Origin: Planctomycetota bacterium
Lineage (GTDB): Bacteria > Planctomycetota > UBA1135 > UBA2386
Reading direction: 5' to 3'
NCBI GenBank assembly: GCA_965228735.1
Contig: OZ245838.1
Coordinates: forward strand, 6,272,001 to 6,336,000
Length of the DNA stretch: 64,000 bases
This document shows positions 8,992 to 18,811 of the stretch, one piece after another (within the stretch, counting starts at the first letter, position 1; the number at the start of each line of letters is the position of its first letter). Position numbers and translations under genes: made by a program. The notes under the pieces were generated by a model. That model was not told the origin of the DNA. It ran no database searches and saw only the letters and a list, made by a program, of their open reading frames with translations.

Positions 8992-10458
8992 ATGAAGAAG
9001 TTCACCGTTCTGCTTGGCGTGGTCGTCGTCGCGAGCGCCGCCGGCATCACCTGGGCCGTCATCAAGCCGCCCGAACCGACCAAGGTCCTGACCGCAGAGG
9101 CCGCGGTCGTCGAGTCGCTGCAATCGATCGTCTCGGCCACCGGCGAGATCCGGGCCCAGGAGTTCGTCGACATCCAGACCGAGGTCTCGGCGATCATCCG
9201 CGAGGTGCTCGTCGAGGAGGGCCAGCGGGTCCAGAAGGGCGACGTCCTGTTGCGGCTCGAGGACTTGCCGCTCCAGGCCGACGTCGACGCGGCGAAGGCG
9301 CAGCTCGAAGCGACCAAAGCGGATGCCAAGAACGCGGAGGTCGGCGTCGCGACGGCCAAGGCCAACCTCGCGGCGGAGAGGACCGTGCTCGCGAGCATGA
9401 AGATCGAGCGCGAGCAGGCGCGCACGACGCGCGACCGCAGCAAGCAGTCCTTCGAGCGCCAGACCGAGCTCTACCAGAGCAACCTGATCGGCAGCGAGGA
9501 ATACGAGGTCGCGGCGGCCGACGCGCGACTCGCGCAGCAGAAGTTCGAATGGCAGGAGGCGCGCATCGAGCAGGGTGAGGCCAACATCCACGCCGCCGAC
9601 ACGCGCGTCGAGGCGGCCGAGGCAGTGCTCGCCGGGCAGCAGCAGCGCGTCGCCGCGGCGGCCGCGAGCCTCGAACGCGCGACGGACATGCTCGGCAAGA
9701 CGGTGCTGAAGGCGCCGATCGCGGGGCTGATCACCAAGCTCAACGTCGAGAAGGGCGAACGCGCGGTGCCCGGCATCCAGAGCAACCCGATCGCGACGCT
9801 CATGACGATCGCCGACATGTCGGTGATCGAGGCCGAGATCTCGGTCGCCGAGGCCGACATCGTCATGGTCGAGCTCGGCGCGCCCGCGATCGTCGAGGTC
9901 GACGCGATGCGCGACGTCGAGATCCGCGGCGTCGTCACCGAGGTGGGGCAGAGCCCGATCCAGGAATCGGCGGCCGGCAGCGAGGCGGAGAGCAAGGACT
10001 TCAAGGTCGTCGTTCGCCTCGACGAGCCGCCGAGCAAGCTGCGCCCCGGCTTCACGGCGACGGCGAAGATCACGACGGCGACGCGCCGGGACGTGCTCGT
10101 CATTCCGCTGCAGGCCCAGACCGCCCGCGAGGTGGAGGTCGACGATGAGGATCGCTACGTGCCGCCGCCCGAGCCGATCGGTGATTCGCTCGTCACGCCG
10201 GTGTCGGCGGTCGATCGTCGCAAGCTCGAAGAACTCGAAGGTGTGTTCGTCATGGCGGACGGCCGCGCGCGGTTCCGGCCCGTCAAGCTCGGCATCATCG
10301 GCGACATGGATGTCGAGGTGCTCGGCGGACTCGCGCCGGGCGACACCGTCGTGATCGGGCCGGTCAAGGCGCTGCGGACCCTCGAGGAGTGGGATCACAT
10401 CGTGATCGACGAGGAGCGGCAGCGCGGCAAGCTCGGTCGCCTGCGCAAGAGGCAGTGA
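8992..10458 (+). CDS. Efflux periplasmic adaptor (MacA/HlyD-like membrane fusion protein)
   Basis: N-terminal [15 protein letters not shown], long coiled coil, APIAGLIT and [11 protein letters not shown]. Start re-picked at MKKFTV. Confidence 0.92.
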   Translation: MKKFTVLLGVVVVASAAGITWAVIKPPEPTKVLTAEAAVVESLQSIVSATGEIRAQEFVDIQTEVSAIIREVLVEEGQRVQKGDVLLRLEDLPLQADVDAAKAQLEATKADAKNAEVGVATAKANLAAERTVLASMKIEREQARTTRDRSKQSFERQTELYQSNLIGSEEYEVAAADARLAQQKFEWQEARIEQGEANIHAADTRVEAAEAVLAGQQQRVAAAAASLERATDMLGKTVLKAPIAGLITKLNVEKGERAVPGIQSNPIATLMTIADMSVIEAEISVAEADIVMVELGAPAIVEVDAMRDVEIRGVVTEVGQSPIQESAAGSEAESKDFKVVVRLDEPPSKLRPGFTATAKITTATRRDVLVIPLQAQTAREVEVDDEDRYVPPPEPIGDSLVTPVSAVDRRKLEELEGVFVMADGRARFRPVKLGIIGDMDVEVLGGLAPGDTVVIGPVKALRTLEEWDHIVIDEERQRGKLGRLRKRQ

Positions 10459-11177
10459 TGACGGACGTCATCCGGACGGCGGCGCTGCGGCGCGAGTTCG
10501 CGATGGGTACGACGACCGTGCAGGCGCTGCGCGGCGTCGATCTCGTGATCGGGAAGAACGAGTACGTCGCGATCATGGGGCCGTCGGGCTCCGGCAAGTC
10601 GACGCTGATGAACCTCATCGGTTGCCTCGACACGCCATCGGGCGGCGAGTACTGGCTCAACGGCAAGCCGGTCGCGCAACTCGACGAGGATGCGCTCGCC
10701 CACATCCGCAATCGCGAGATCGGGTTCGTGTTCCAGACGTTCAACCTGCTCGCGCGGGCGACGGCGCTGCGCAACGTCGAGCTGCCGCTGATCTACGGCG
10801 GCATCGCACCGGCCGAACGACGCGAACAGGCGGCCGAAGCACTGCGCCAGGTCGACCTCGAGTCGCGCATGGACCATCGGCCGAACCAGCTGTCGGGCGG
10901 TCAGCGCCAGCGCGTCAGCATCGCCCGCGCGCTGGTGACGAAGCCCGCGCTGCTGCTCGCGGACGAGCCGACGGGCAACCTCGACTCGAAGACGTCGATC
11001 GAGATCATGGCGTTGTTCGAACGTTTGCATCGGCAGGGCAACACACTCGTCGTCGTCACGCACGAACGAGAGATCGCCGAGCACGCGCAGCGCATCATCA
11101 CGATCAGGGACGGCCTGGTCGAGAGCGACGAGCGGGTCGGTGGGCGGGCTGCGGCGGCCGCCGCGGAGGCCGAGTGA
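10458..11177 (+). CDS. ABC transporter ATP-binding protein (MacB/LolD-type)
   Basis: [26 protein letters not shown] and VTHE motifs. Confidence 0.96.
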   Translation: MTDVIRTAALRREFAMGTTTVQALRGVDLVIGKNEYVAIMGPSGSGKSTLMNLIGCLDTPSGGEYWLNGKPVAQLDEDALAHIRNREIGFVFQTFNLLARATALRNVELPLIYGGIAPAERREQAAEALRQVDLESRMDHRPNQLSGGQRQRVSIARALVTKPALLLADEPTGNLDSKTSIEIMALFERLHRQGNTLVVVTHEREIAEHAQRIITIRDGLVESDERVGGRAAAAAAEAE

Positions 11178-12394
11178 ACCTCGCGGAGTCGACGCGGCTG
11201 GCTCTCGAGTCGATCTGGGCCAACCGCCTGCGGTCGTTCCTGACGCTGCTCGGGGTGATCATCGGAATCGCGGCGATCATCGCGACCGCGGCGGTGATCA
11301 ACGGGCTCAACATCTATGTCGCCGAGAAGCTCAGCAACCTCGGCAGTGGCGTGTTCACCGTGCAGCGGTTCGGGATCATCACCAACCGGCAGCAGTTCAT
11401 CGACGCGATGCGCAAGAACCGGCGGCTCGAGCCGGCGGATGGCCGGGCGATCGCGGAGCGCTGTTCGCTCGTCGACGTCGTCGCGTGGGAGGCGCACGCG
11501 ACGCGCGACCTGGCGCGTCGGCGCTACGAGCTGCAGGAGGTCGATATCGGGGGCATCACACCCGGTGTCCTCGAGATCGAGCCCTATGAGGTCGAGGCCG
11601 GGCGAATCTTCACGCGGAACGACGACGAGCACGGGTTGCCGGTCGCGTTCCTCGGTCACGACGTCAGCGAGCAGCTGTTTCCCGCGGTCGACCCGCTCGG
11701 CAAGACGATCCGCGTCGAGGGTCTCGACCTCACTGTCGTCGGTCTCGCGAAGAAGAAGGGCTCGTTCCTCGGTTTCTCGCAGGACAACTTCGTCAAGATC
11801 CCGTACGGGCTGCACAAGAAGCTCTTCGGTTCGCAGAACTCGGTCAACCTGAGCGTCAAGGCGGTCGACGACGGCGCGATGACCGAGGCGATGGACGAGG
11901 TACGTGCCGTGCTGCGCGCGCGCCATCACCTGCGACCCGGCGACGACGACGACTTCGCGATCGTCACGGCCGAGGGGATCAACGATCTGTGGCGCAGCAT
12001 GTCGCAGACGATCTTCGCCATCGCGTTGTTCGTCGTCTCGATCTCGCTCGTCGTCGGCGGGATCGTGATCATGAACATCATGCTCGTGTCCGTCATCGAG
12101 CGGACGCGCGAGATCGGCGTGCGCAAGGCCGTCGGCGCGCGGCAGCGTGACATCGTCGAGCAGTTCCTCATCGAGGCCGTGTTGCTGTCGTGCATCGGTG
12201 GTCTGATCGGCGTGTCGCTCGCGTGGGGGGCATCCGAGCTGCTCGCGTCGCAGACGCCGCTGCCGGCCGACTTCCCGCCGTGGGCGCCGCCCGTGGCGTT
12301 CCTCGTCTGCGCCAGCATCGGCGTCTTCTTCGGCATCAGTCCGGCCCGCCGGGCCGCGCGGCTCGACCCGATCGAGGCGCTCAGGACCGAGTAG
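11174..12394 (+). CDS. ABC transporter permease (MacB/FtsX-type)
   Basis: [43 protein letters not shown] and [11 protein letters not shown] start overlaps the upstream stop. Confidence 0.94.
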   Translation: MNLAESTRLALESIWANRLRSFLTLLGVIIGIAAIIATAAVINGLNIYVAEKLSNLGSGVFTVQRFGIITNRQQFIDAMRKNRRLEPADGRAIAERCSLVDVVAWEAHATRDLARRRYELQEVDIGGITPGVLEIEPYEVEAGRIFTRNDDEHGLPVAFLGHDVSEQLFPAVDPLGKTIRVEGLDLTVVGLAKKKGSFLGFSQDNFVKIPYGLHKKLFGSQNSVNLSVKAVDDGAMTEAMDEVRAVLRARHHLRPGDDDDFAIVTAEGINDLWRSMSQTIFAIALFVVSISLVVGGIVIMNIMLVSVIERTREIGVRKAVGARQRDIVEQFLIEAVLLSCIGGLIGVSLAWGASELLASQTPLPADFPPWAPPVAFLVCASIGVFFGISPARRAARLDPIEALRTE

Positions 12395-12405
12395 GGCGAT
12401 CCGGC

Positions 12406-13656
12406 ATGCGACGGGCACTCTTCGCGATCTGGGAGAACACCAAGCTGGCGTTCGAGACCCTGCGCGGCAACCGCATGCGGTCGTCGCTCACCGTGCTCGG
12501 CATCTTCATCGGCGTGCTGCTCGTCGTGACCGTCGCGTCGGTGCTCAACGGGTTCCGGCAGTCGGTCGTCGACCAGGTCGAGGAGTTCGGGACGGACAAC
12601 ATCTACATCCACCGGATGCCGATCGTGAACATCGGCCGCCGCTCGCGCGAACTGCGCATGCGGCGCGAGCTCACGCTCGACGACGCCTGGGCGATCCGTG
12701 ACCTGTGTCCGTCCGTGGCGCTCGTTTCCCCGGTCCTGCGCGCGCCGACGTTCCGCAGCCGTGCCGTCTACCGCGACGAGGAGATCGATGCGCCGCGGGT
12801 GCAGGGCGTGTTCCCCGTCGACTTCCTGACCGCCAATCGCCGGCTCGCGGAGGGGCGCTTCCTCACCGAGCAGGAGAACACGCACCGGGTGCCGGTCACC
12901 GTGCTCGGGCACGCCGCGGCCGAGGCGTTGTTCCCGAGCGGCGGTGCGCTCGGCAAGGAGATCCTCATCGGCGGCAACAAGTTCAGCGTGATCGGAGTCT
13001 GCGAGAAGCGCAAGGAGGGCCCGTTCGGCGGCGAGAACGAGCAGGACTCGCTGTTCATGATCCCGTACTACACGCTGCTGCGGTACCACCCGGGGCGCGA
13101 CGATCACTTCATCGCCGTGCGCGCGGACACGGGCCTCGTGGAGTCGGCGAAGGAGGAGATCACCGAGGTGCTGCGGCGGCGGCGCCGCGTGCGCTGGGAC
13201 GAGGACAACGACTTCGACTTCGCGACCGCCGATTCCCTGATCGAGTCGTTCGACGGGATCGTGTTCGCCGTCCTCGCCGTCATGTTCCTGCTGTCGACCG
13301 TCGGCTTCCTCGTCGGCGGCGTCGGCGTGATGAACATCATGCTCGTATCCGTGAAGGAGCGAACGCGCGAGATCGGCGTGCGGAAGGCCGTCGGTGCGCG
13401 CCGGCGTGACATCATGGGGCAGTTCCTCGTCGAGGCGATGCTGCTGTGCCTCATCGGCGGCGTGCTCGGCCTGCTGGTCGGCGAAGGCCTGCTCGCGCTG
13501 CTCGGCGCCGCGGTCTCCGGCCTGCCGAGCGAGACGCCGATGTGGGCCCGCCTGTTCGCCTTCGGCGGCTCGGCGGGCGTCGGCCTGTTCTTCGGCCTCT
13601 GGCCCGCCTGGAAGGCCGCGAGCCTCGACCCGATCGAAGCCCTGCGCTACGAGTGA
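12406..13656 (+). CDS. Second ABC transporter permease (MacB/FtsX-type)
   Basis: [36 protein letters not shown] and [10 protein letters not shown]. Confidence 0.94.
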   Translation: MRRALFAIWENTKLAFETLRGNRMRSSLTVLGIFIGVLLVVTVASVLNGFRQSVVDQVEEFGTDNIYIHRMPIVNIGRRSRELRMRRELTLDDAWAIRDLCPSVALVSPVLRAPTFRSRAVYRDEEIDAPRVQGVFPVDFLTANRRLAEGRFLTEQENTHRVPVTVLGHAAAEALFPSGGALGKEILIGGNKFSVIGVCEKRKEGPFGGENEQDSLFMIPYYTLLRYHPGRDDHFIAVRADTGLVESAKEEITEVLRRRRRVRWDEDNDFDFATADSLIESFDGIVFAVLAVMFLLSTVGFLVGGVGVMNIMLVSVKERTREIGVRKAVGARRRDIMGQFLVEAMLLCLIGGVLGLLVGEGLLALLGAAVSGLPSETPMWARLFAFGGSAGVGLFFGLWPAWKAASLDPIEALRYE

Positions 13657-13689
13657 CGCCGGCGGGCGTGGCGGTACCGCCATTGGCGG

Positions 13690-14502
13690 CTACGCGTCTT
13701 CGACCTGGATGCGCTGTTGTTGGGCGCGCAGCATGCGGCGCTTGCGCATGAGGGCGACGAGCATGCCGGCCACGGCGCCGGCGATGCCGCCGACGAGCAT
13801 GCCGCGCAGCGTGCTGTCGTCTGCCGGTTCGGCGGCGCCGTCGAACGTCTGGAGCACGGCTTCGATCGCACTGCGGCCGTCCATGTCATCTGGATGGTAG
13901 AACACCTCGAAGAACTGCAGGCGGTCGTCGGCCGGGACGGCATGCACCTCGAGGATCCACTGCGGCGTGGCCGTGCCGCTCGCATCCGCGCGTTCGATGC
14001 GCCAGCGCAGCGCGAGGGCGTCGATCGCGAACAGCTTCGCGGCCTGGTCGTCGCTCAGGCGAACGAGGTTGACGCCGTCCTGCTGCGTGTAGCTGGTCTC
14101 GAAGTTGCGCCGGAGTTCGTCGACCCGGTCCCGATCGAGCAGCTGCGCCGAAGTCACCTCGGCGGGCTGGCTATAGGCGTTGATCACGCGCACCTGGCCG
14201 GCCGCCATGCCCGGCTGGTGCAGCACGAGGTTGTCGCGCGTGCGTTCGCGCTGCTTCAGCTCGGCCGCGATGCCGGCGACGAGCCCGCGCGCCGGGTCGG
14301 CCGCCGGATCCGAGGGGCGCGAGTCGAGCAGCAGGTCGGCGGCGGTGAGCACGATCCAGCTCGGCACGACGTGCACCTTGCCGGTCTCGCCCGGCAGGGA
14401 CACGGCCGTCTTGCCGGACGGCGGCGGCGACGTTTCCTGCGCCACGGTTCGGCCGGCGAACGCGGTGGCGGTCAAGAGCAGCAGCGAGGCGTAGCGACGC
14501 AT
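13690..14502 (-). CDS. Hypothetical exported protein with C-terminal membrane anchor
   Basis: Signal peptide ending TVA-Q. C-terminal TM GMLVGGIAGAVAGMLVALM followed by RKRR. Confidence 0.7.
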   Translation of the reverse strand: MRRYASLLLLTATAFAGRTVAQETSPPPSGKTAVSLPGETGKVHVVPSWIVLTAADLLLDSRPSDPAADPARGLVAGIAAELKQRERTRDNLVLHQPGMAAGQVRVINAYSQPAEVTSAQLLDRDRVDELRRNFETSYTQQDGVNLVRLSDDQAAKLFAIDALALRWRIERADASGTATPQWILEVHAVPADDRLQFFEVFYHPDDMDGRSAIEAVLQTFDGAAEPADDSTLRGMLVGGIAGAVAGMLVALMRKRRMLRAQQQRIQVEDA

Positions 14503-14557
14503 GGGCGCACCATCGCGCTTCGGCCACTGCCATTCCAGTCCGAGGGCGCGCCCGCGG

Positions 14558-16366
14558 CTACTTCGTCAGCGGCCAGATCAGCGGGGTCGCGAGCGTCGCG
14601 ACGAGCCAGGTGATGACGGCGAACGGCAGCCCCAGCACGACGTAGTCGCGGAAGCGGTAGCGGCCGGGGCCCATGACGAGGAGGGTCGACTCGTGCGCGA
14701 TCGGGGTGATGAAGCTCGCCGAGATGCAGACGCAGATGCCGAGGAAGTACGGCCGCGGGTCGGCGTCGCTCGCGAGCGCCATCTCGTAGGCGAGCGGCGC
14801 GAGGAGCACCGCGACGGCGGCGTTCTCGATGATCTGCGTCAGGATCAGCGCGAGCAGCAGCAGCACGCCGAGGGTCAGGTGCGGGGAGTCGGCCCCGGCG
14901 AAGTCCGCGATCGCGCCCGCGAACAGCTCCGCCGTGCCCGTCGTCTGCAGCGCTTCGCCGAACGGGATCATCGCGCCGACGATGATCAGGGTCGGCAGGT
15001 CGATCGCTTCGTAGGCCGAACGCAGGCCGACGCAGCCCGAGAGCACGGCCGCCATCGCCGCCATCGGGATCGTCGTCGCCGGCGACAGCCAGCCGAACGC
15101 GCCGCTGACGACCATGAGGAAGAGGATCAGCAGCAAAACGATCGCCGACCTCGGCCGCGCGTTGGGCAGCGGTCGCGACTCGAGGAGCAACAGATCCGGG
15201 TTGCGACGCAGGCGCTGGATCTCCGTCTCGTGGCCGACGAGCAGCAGCGAGTCGCCGCTGCGCAGCGTGACGCGCGAGGGGCGTTCGCGAATCGAACGCC
15301 CCGCGCGACTGATCGCGAGCGGGCTCACGCCGTAGCGATGGTGGAAGTCGACGTCGCGCAAGCTGCGCTGCACGAGGCCGCTGTCCGGCGGCAGGATCGC
15401 CTCGACCATGCGGAGGTCGGCGGAGCGCAGCGTCTTGTCATTGATCTTGAGCTCCTCGCGCACCTTCATGCCCGGTGACGTGATCACATCGGTGATCGCG
15501 GTGATCCGGCCCTGGATCACGAGCACGTCGCCGGGCTGCACTCGCAGCCACGGACTCGGCGGCAGGAACTCCTTGTCGCGGATCACCTGCAGCAGCGACA
15601 CATCCTTCTCCGCGAGGTCGAGCTCTTTGAGGGTCTTGCCGACGTACTCGGAGTCGGTCTCCGCCATCGTCTCGGTGAGGAACTCGGCGACCTCGTAGCG
15701 GCTCTCGAGTGAGGCCTTCGACTCGCCGCGCGGCAGGAAGCGCCGGCCTGCCAGCACGAACCACGCGCCGCACGCGAGGAACACGAGCGCGGCGAGCGGC
15801 GTGAACGCGAAGAACCCGAAGCCCGAACCGCCCGGGGTGTCCGCGAGGAAGTCCGACAAGATCACGTTGCTGCGCGTCCCGATGAGCGTCCACTGGCCGC
15901 CGAGCAGCGAGCCGAATGCGAGCAGCATGAGCACCCGGGACGGCGAGTAGCCGCGTTCGCGGCAGATCGCCATGACGGGCGGCATCCAGACGAGCACGGT
16001 CGTCGTGTTGTTGATGACCGCGCTGAACCCCGTGATCATCACGAGGATCGTGAGCTGGAACCGCAGTTCGCTGGTCGCGCTCCGGCTCAGCAGGCGGCCG
16101 CCGAGCAGCGCGGCCGCGCCCGTGCGGACCATCGCGGCGGACAGCACGAACATCGATGCGACCATCACGAGCGCTGGGCTGCCGAAGCCGTGGAACGCCT
16201 GGACCGGGGAGAGGATCGCCTCGAGTCCGTTCGGGCCCGGCCGCCAGGGCACGAGCAGCGCCAGCATCACGAGCAGTGCCGTCACATCGGCGCGGACGCG
16301 CTGGAGATAGAACGACACCATCGCGGCGAGCAGGATGGCGGCAAGGAAGACGGACTCGGCGGTCAC
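14558..16366 (-). CDS. SLC13/CitM-family permease with two TrkA-C (RCK-C) domains
   Basis: SAVINNT, SLLGGQWTLIGTRSN, two TrkA-C segments, SASFITPIAH and GPGRYRFRDY. Confidence 0.92.
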   Translation of the reverse strand: MTAESVFLAAILLAAMVSFYLQRVRADVTALLVMLALLVPWRPGPNGLEAILSPVQAFHGFGSPALVMVASMFVLSAAMVRTGAAALLGGRLLSRSATSELRFQLTILVMITGFSAVINNTTTVLVWMPPVMAICRERGYSPSRVLMLLAFGSLLGGQWTLIGTRSNVILSDFLADTPGGSGFGFFAFTPLAALVFLACGAWFVLAGRRFLPRGESKASLESRYEVAEFLTETMAETDSEYVGKTLKELDLAEKDVSLLQVIRDKEFLPPSPWLRVQPGDVLVIQGRITAITDVITSPGMKVREELKINDKTLRSADLRMVEAILPPDSGLVQRSLRDVDFHHRYGVSPLAISRAGRSIRERPSRVTLRSGDSLLLVGHETEIQRLRRNPDLLLLESRPLPNARPRSAIVLLLILFLMVVSGAFGWLSPATTIPMAAMAAVLSGCVGLRSAYEAIDLPTLIIVGAMIPFGEALQTTGTAELFAGAIADFAGADSPHLTLGVLLLLALILTQIIENAAVAVLLAPLAYEMALASDADPRPYFLGICVCISASFITPIAHESTLLVMGPGRYRFRDYVVLGLPFAVITWLVATLATPLIWPLTK

Positions 16367-16439
16367 GCAACCAACGGTAGGGAGGCCGGGTCATTCTGCC
16401 CAGCTTGACTCATCGCGGCGTGGGGCCGACCATCAAGGT

Positions 16440-18584
16440 GTGTACCCCCTGACTCGCGAATTCTGGCGTTCTGCTGGTGCTGCCGCGCTCGCCGCGCTCC
16501 TGACCGTTGCGACCGTATCGGCCCAGGACCCGGCCGACGACGTGGCCGAACTGCTGCGGTTGCGCGACGACGCCGATCCCGCGTTGATCACGAAGATCGC
16601 CGCGACCCGATCCCGCACCGGGGCCGAGGGCCTCGTGAAGGCCTACGACCTGTGCGGCAGTATTCTCATGCGCCGGGAGATCGTCTACGGGCTCGCGCGC
16701 TTCGACGGTTCGGCCGAGGCCGAACAGCCGGCGCTGACCAAGATCGCGAACGTGGCGACGGGGTCGGAGGACGAAGAGCTGCGCGACGCCGCGATCACGG
16801 CCCTCGCCGGCTGCAAGAACCTTGGCAAGCACTTCCTGCGGCAGATCGTCGAGAGCCCGGCGGCGGACGTCGTGCGCGAGCCCGCGATGGCGGAGCACGT
16901 CAAGCTCGGTGATGCGTCCGATCTCGACTGGTACAAGTTCGTCTGGAACCTGAAGAACGAGCAGCGCAAGGACGAGGCGGGCGAGATCAAGCCGATCGAG
17001 CTGCCGACGATCCGACTGCTCGCGTTCCGCGGCGCGGCGCCGCACCTCACCGAGAGCGAGCTCATCGAGGCGACGCGGCGCGAGTTCGATCCCAAGATCC
17101 GACGTGAGGCGCTCGTCACGATGCGCAACCGTGACATGCCGAAGACGGCCGAGATCGCGGCGTGGATGCTCGAACGCGTCGACTTCCCGGGGCCGGACCG
17201 CATCGTCGCGGCCCGCATCGTCGCCGATCGGCAGGGTGAGCGCGCGGCGAGCCTGTTCCTCAAGCTCGCGAAGAAGCGCGACGTCACGACCGAGGACCTG
17301 CGGCTCGAACTCGCGCGCCTCATGCGCAAGATGAACGACGCGAAGGTGCGCAAGAAGGTCGCGAAGATGATCGGTCGTGGCAAGCCGCACGAGCGCGTGT
17401 TCGCGCTCGAGGCCGCGGGTCGTGAAGCGACGGAGAAGCAGCTCAAGAAGGAGCTCGGGCACAAGGAGGTCGAGGTCCGCCGCGCGGCGGCCGATGTCAT
17501 CCGGGAGCGCAAGATGCGCGAGATGCTGCCCGAGATGCGCAGCATGCTCGAGGATCCCAAGCGGCCCGGTGACGCGCGCCTCGCCGTCGAGGTCATCAGC
17601 GCCATCGAGAAGGGCTCAGATCCGTGGCTCGAGGAGCTCGCGAAGTTCACGAAGTCGGAGGATCGCGATCTGCGCAACGCCGCGGTCGAGCAGATCGGCA
17701 AGGGCCGCTGGAAGAAGCAGGTCGGCGTGCTCGCCGAGGCGCTCGATCACCCGGACTGGTCGACGCGCTTCGCGGCGGTCGAGGGGCTCTACGAGATGCG
17801 CCGCAAGCAGGTCGTCCCGCTCCTGATCGAGCGGTTGCCCAAGGACCGCGGCCGCATGAGCAAGCGGATCGGCGAGATCCTGTTCGAGTTCACCGCCCAG
17901 CCCTACGGCGAGGACTACGAGCGTTGGAAGGCCTGGTGGCAGGAGGCCGCTGCCAAGTTCGAGATCGTGTCGGACGGTGATCTGGCCAAGGCCAGGAAGG
18001 CCCGCGAGACGAAGCGCCTGACCGAACGCACCCGCGCGCCGGCCAAGTTCTTCGGCCTCAAGATCGAGTCCCACCGCGTGATCTTCGTGGTCGACGTCTC
18101 GGGCTCGATGATCGAAGCGATGTACGGGAAGGAATACGACGGCCGTCCCGCTGCCCGCATCGACATCGCACGGGTGGAGGTCATCAACGCGATCAAGAAC
18201 CTCGACTCCAACGCGCTGTTCAACGTCTACGCGTTCAGCAGCGGCGTCGAGAAGTGGAAGGAAGAGAGCTCGGGCACCAACAACGCGGACAGCCGCGCGG
18301 CCGCGATCGAGTGGGTTCAGCGCCTCGGCGCGAGCGGCGGCACGAACATCTACGACTCGCTCGAGCTCGCGTTCGCAGATCCGGACGTCGACACGATCTA
18401 CCTGATGTCCGACGGCGAGCCGACCGTCGGGGCGGTGATCGATCCGCACCGCATCCGCGAGGACGTGGCGTTCTGGAACCGCCACCGCAAGATCAAGATC
18501 CACACGGTGGCCGTGGGCGGCAACCTCGAGATCCTCGAGTGGCTGGCGACCGACTCGGGCGGCCGCCACATCAAGATGCGGTAG
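16440..18584 (+). CDS. Secreted HEAT-repeat protein with C-terminal VWA domain
   Basis: Signal peptide ending VSA-Q. HEAT-like repeats (VRRAAADVI, LRNAAVEQI). FFG.....RVIFVVDVSGSM MIDAS, GGTNIYD and LMSDGEP. Start approximate. Confidence 0.85.
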   Translation: MYPLTREFWRSAGAAALAALLTVATVSAQDPADDVAELLRLRDDADPALITKIAATRSRTGAEGLVKAYDLCGSILMRREIVYGLARFDGSAEAEQPALTKIANVATGSEDEELRDAAITALAGCKNLGKHFLRQIVESPAADVVREPAMAEHVKLGDASDLDWYKFVWNLKNEQRKDEAGEIKPIELPTIRLLAFRGAAPHLTESELIEATRREFDPKIRREALVTMRNRDMPKTAEIAAWMLERVDFPGPDRIVAARIVADRQGERAASLFLKLAKKRDVTTEDLRLELARLMRKMNDAKVRKKVAKMIGRGKPHERVFALEAAGREATEKQLKKELGHKEVEVRRAAADVIRERKMREMLPEMRSMLEDPKRPGDARLAVEVISAIEKGSDPWLEELAKFTKSEDRDLRNAAVEQIGKGRWKKQVGVLAEALDHPDWSTRFAAVEGLYEMRRKQVVPLLIERLPKDRGRMSKRIGEILFEFTAQPYGEDYERWKAWWQEAAAKFEIVSDGDLAKARKARETKRLTERTRAPAKFFGLKIESHRVIFVVDVSGSMIEAMYGKEYDGRPAARIDIARVEVINAIKNLDSNALFNVYAFSSGVEKWKEESSGTNNADSRAAAIEWVQRLGASGGTNIYDSLELAFADPDVDTIYLMSDGEPTVGAVIDPHRIREDVAFWNRHRKIKIHTVAVGGNLEILEWLATDSGGRHIKMR

Positions 18585-18811
18585 CGCCGGCGCGACGGAC
18601 CGGTGGTGTCGCCGGTTGCCCGGCGATGGATTCCTCGCACATCGGGGCGGCCGCGGCGGATTTCCCGGGGCCGCGGTGCCGGGCACGGATCGGCCCGATG
18701 GCCCGATGCGGTCGTCGGTTCGCCGGTGCCGGCAGCCCCTGGGTCGTGCGGCATGCCGTATCGGCTGGATCTTGGCGTTGACTTTCCCGAATCGCGTGGC
18801 GTACTTGCCTC

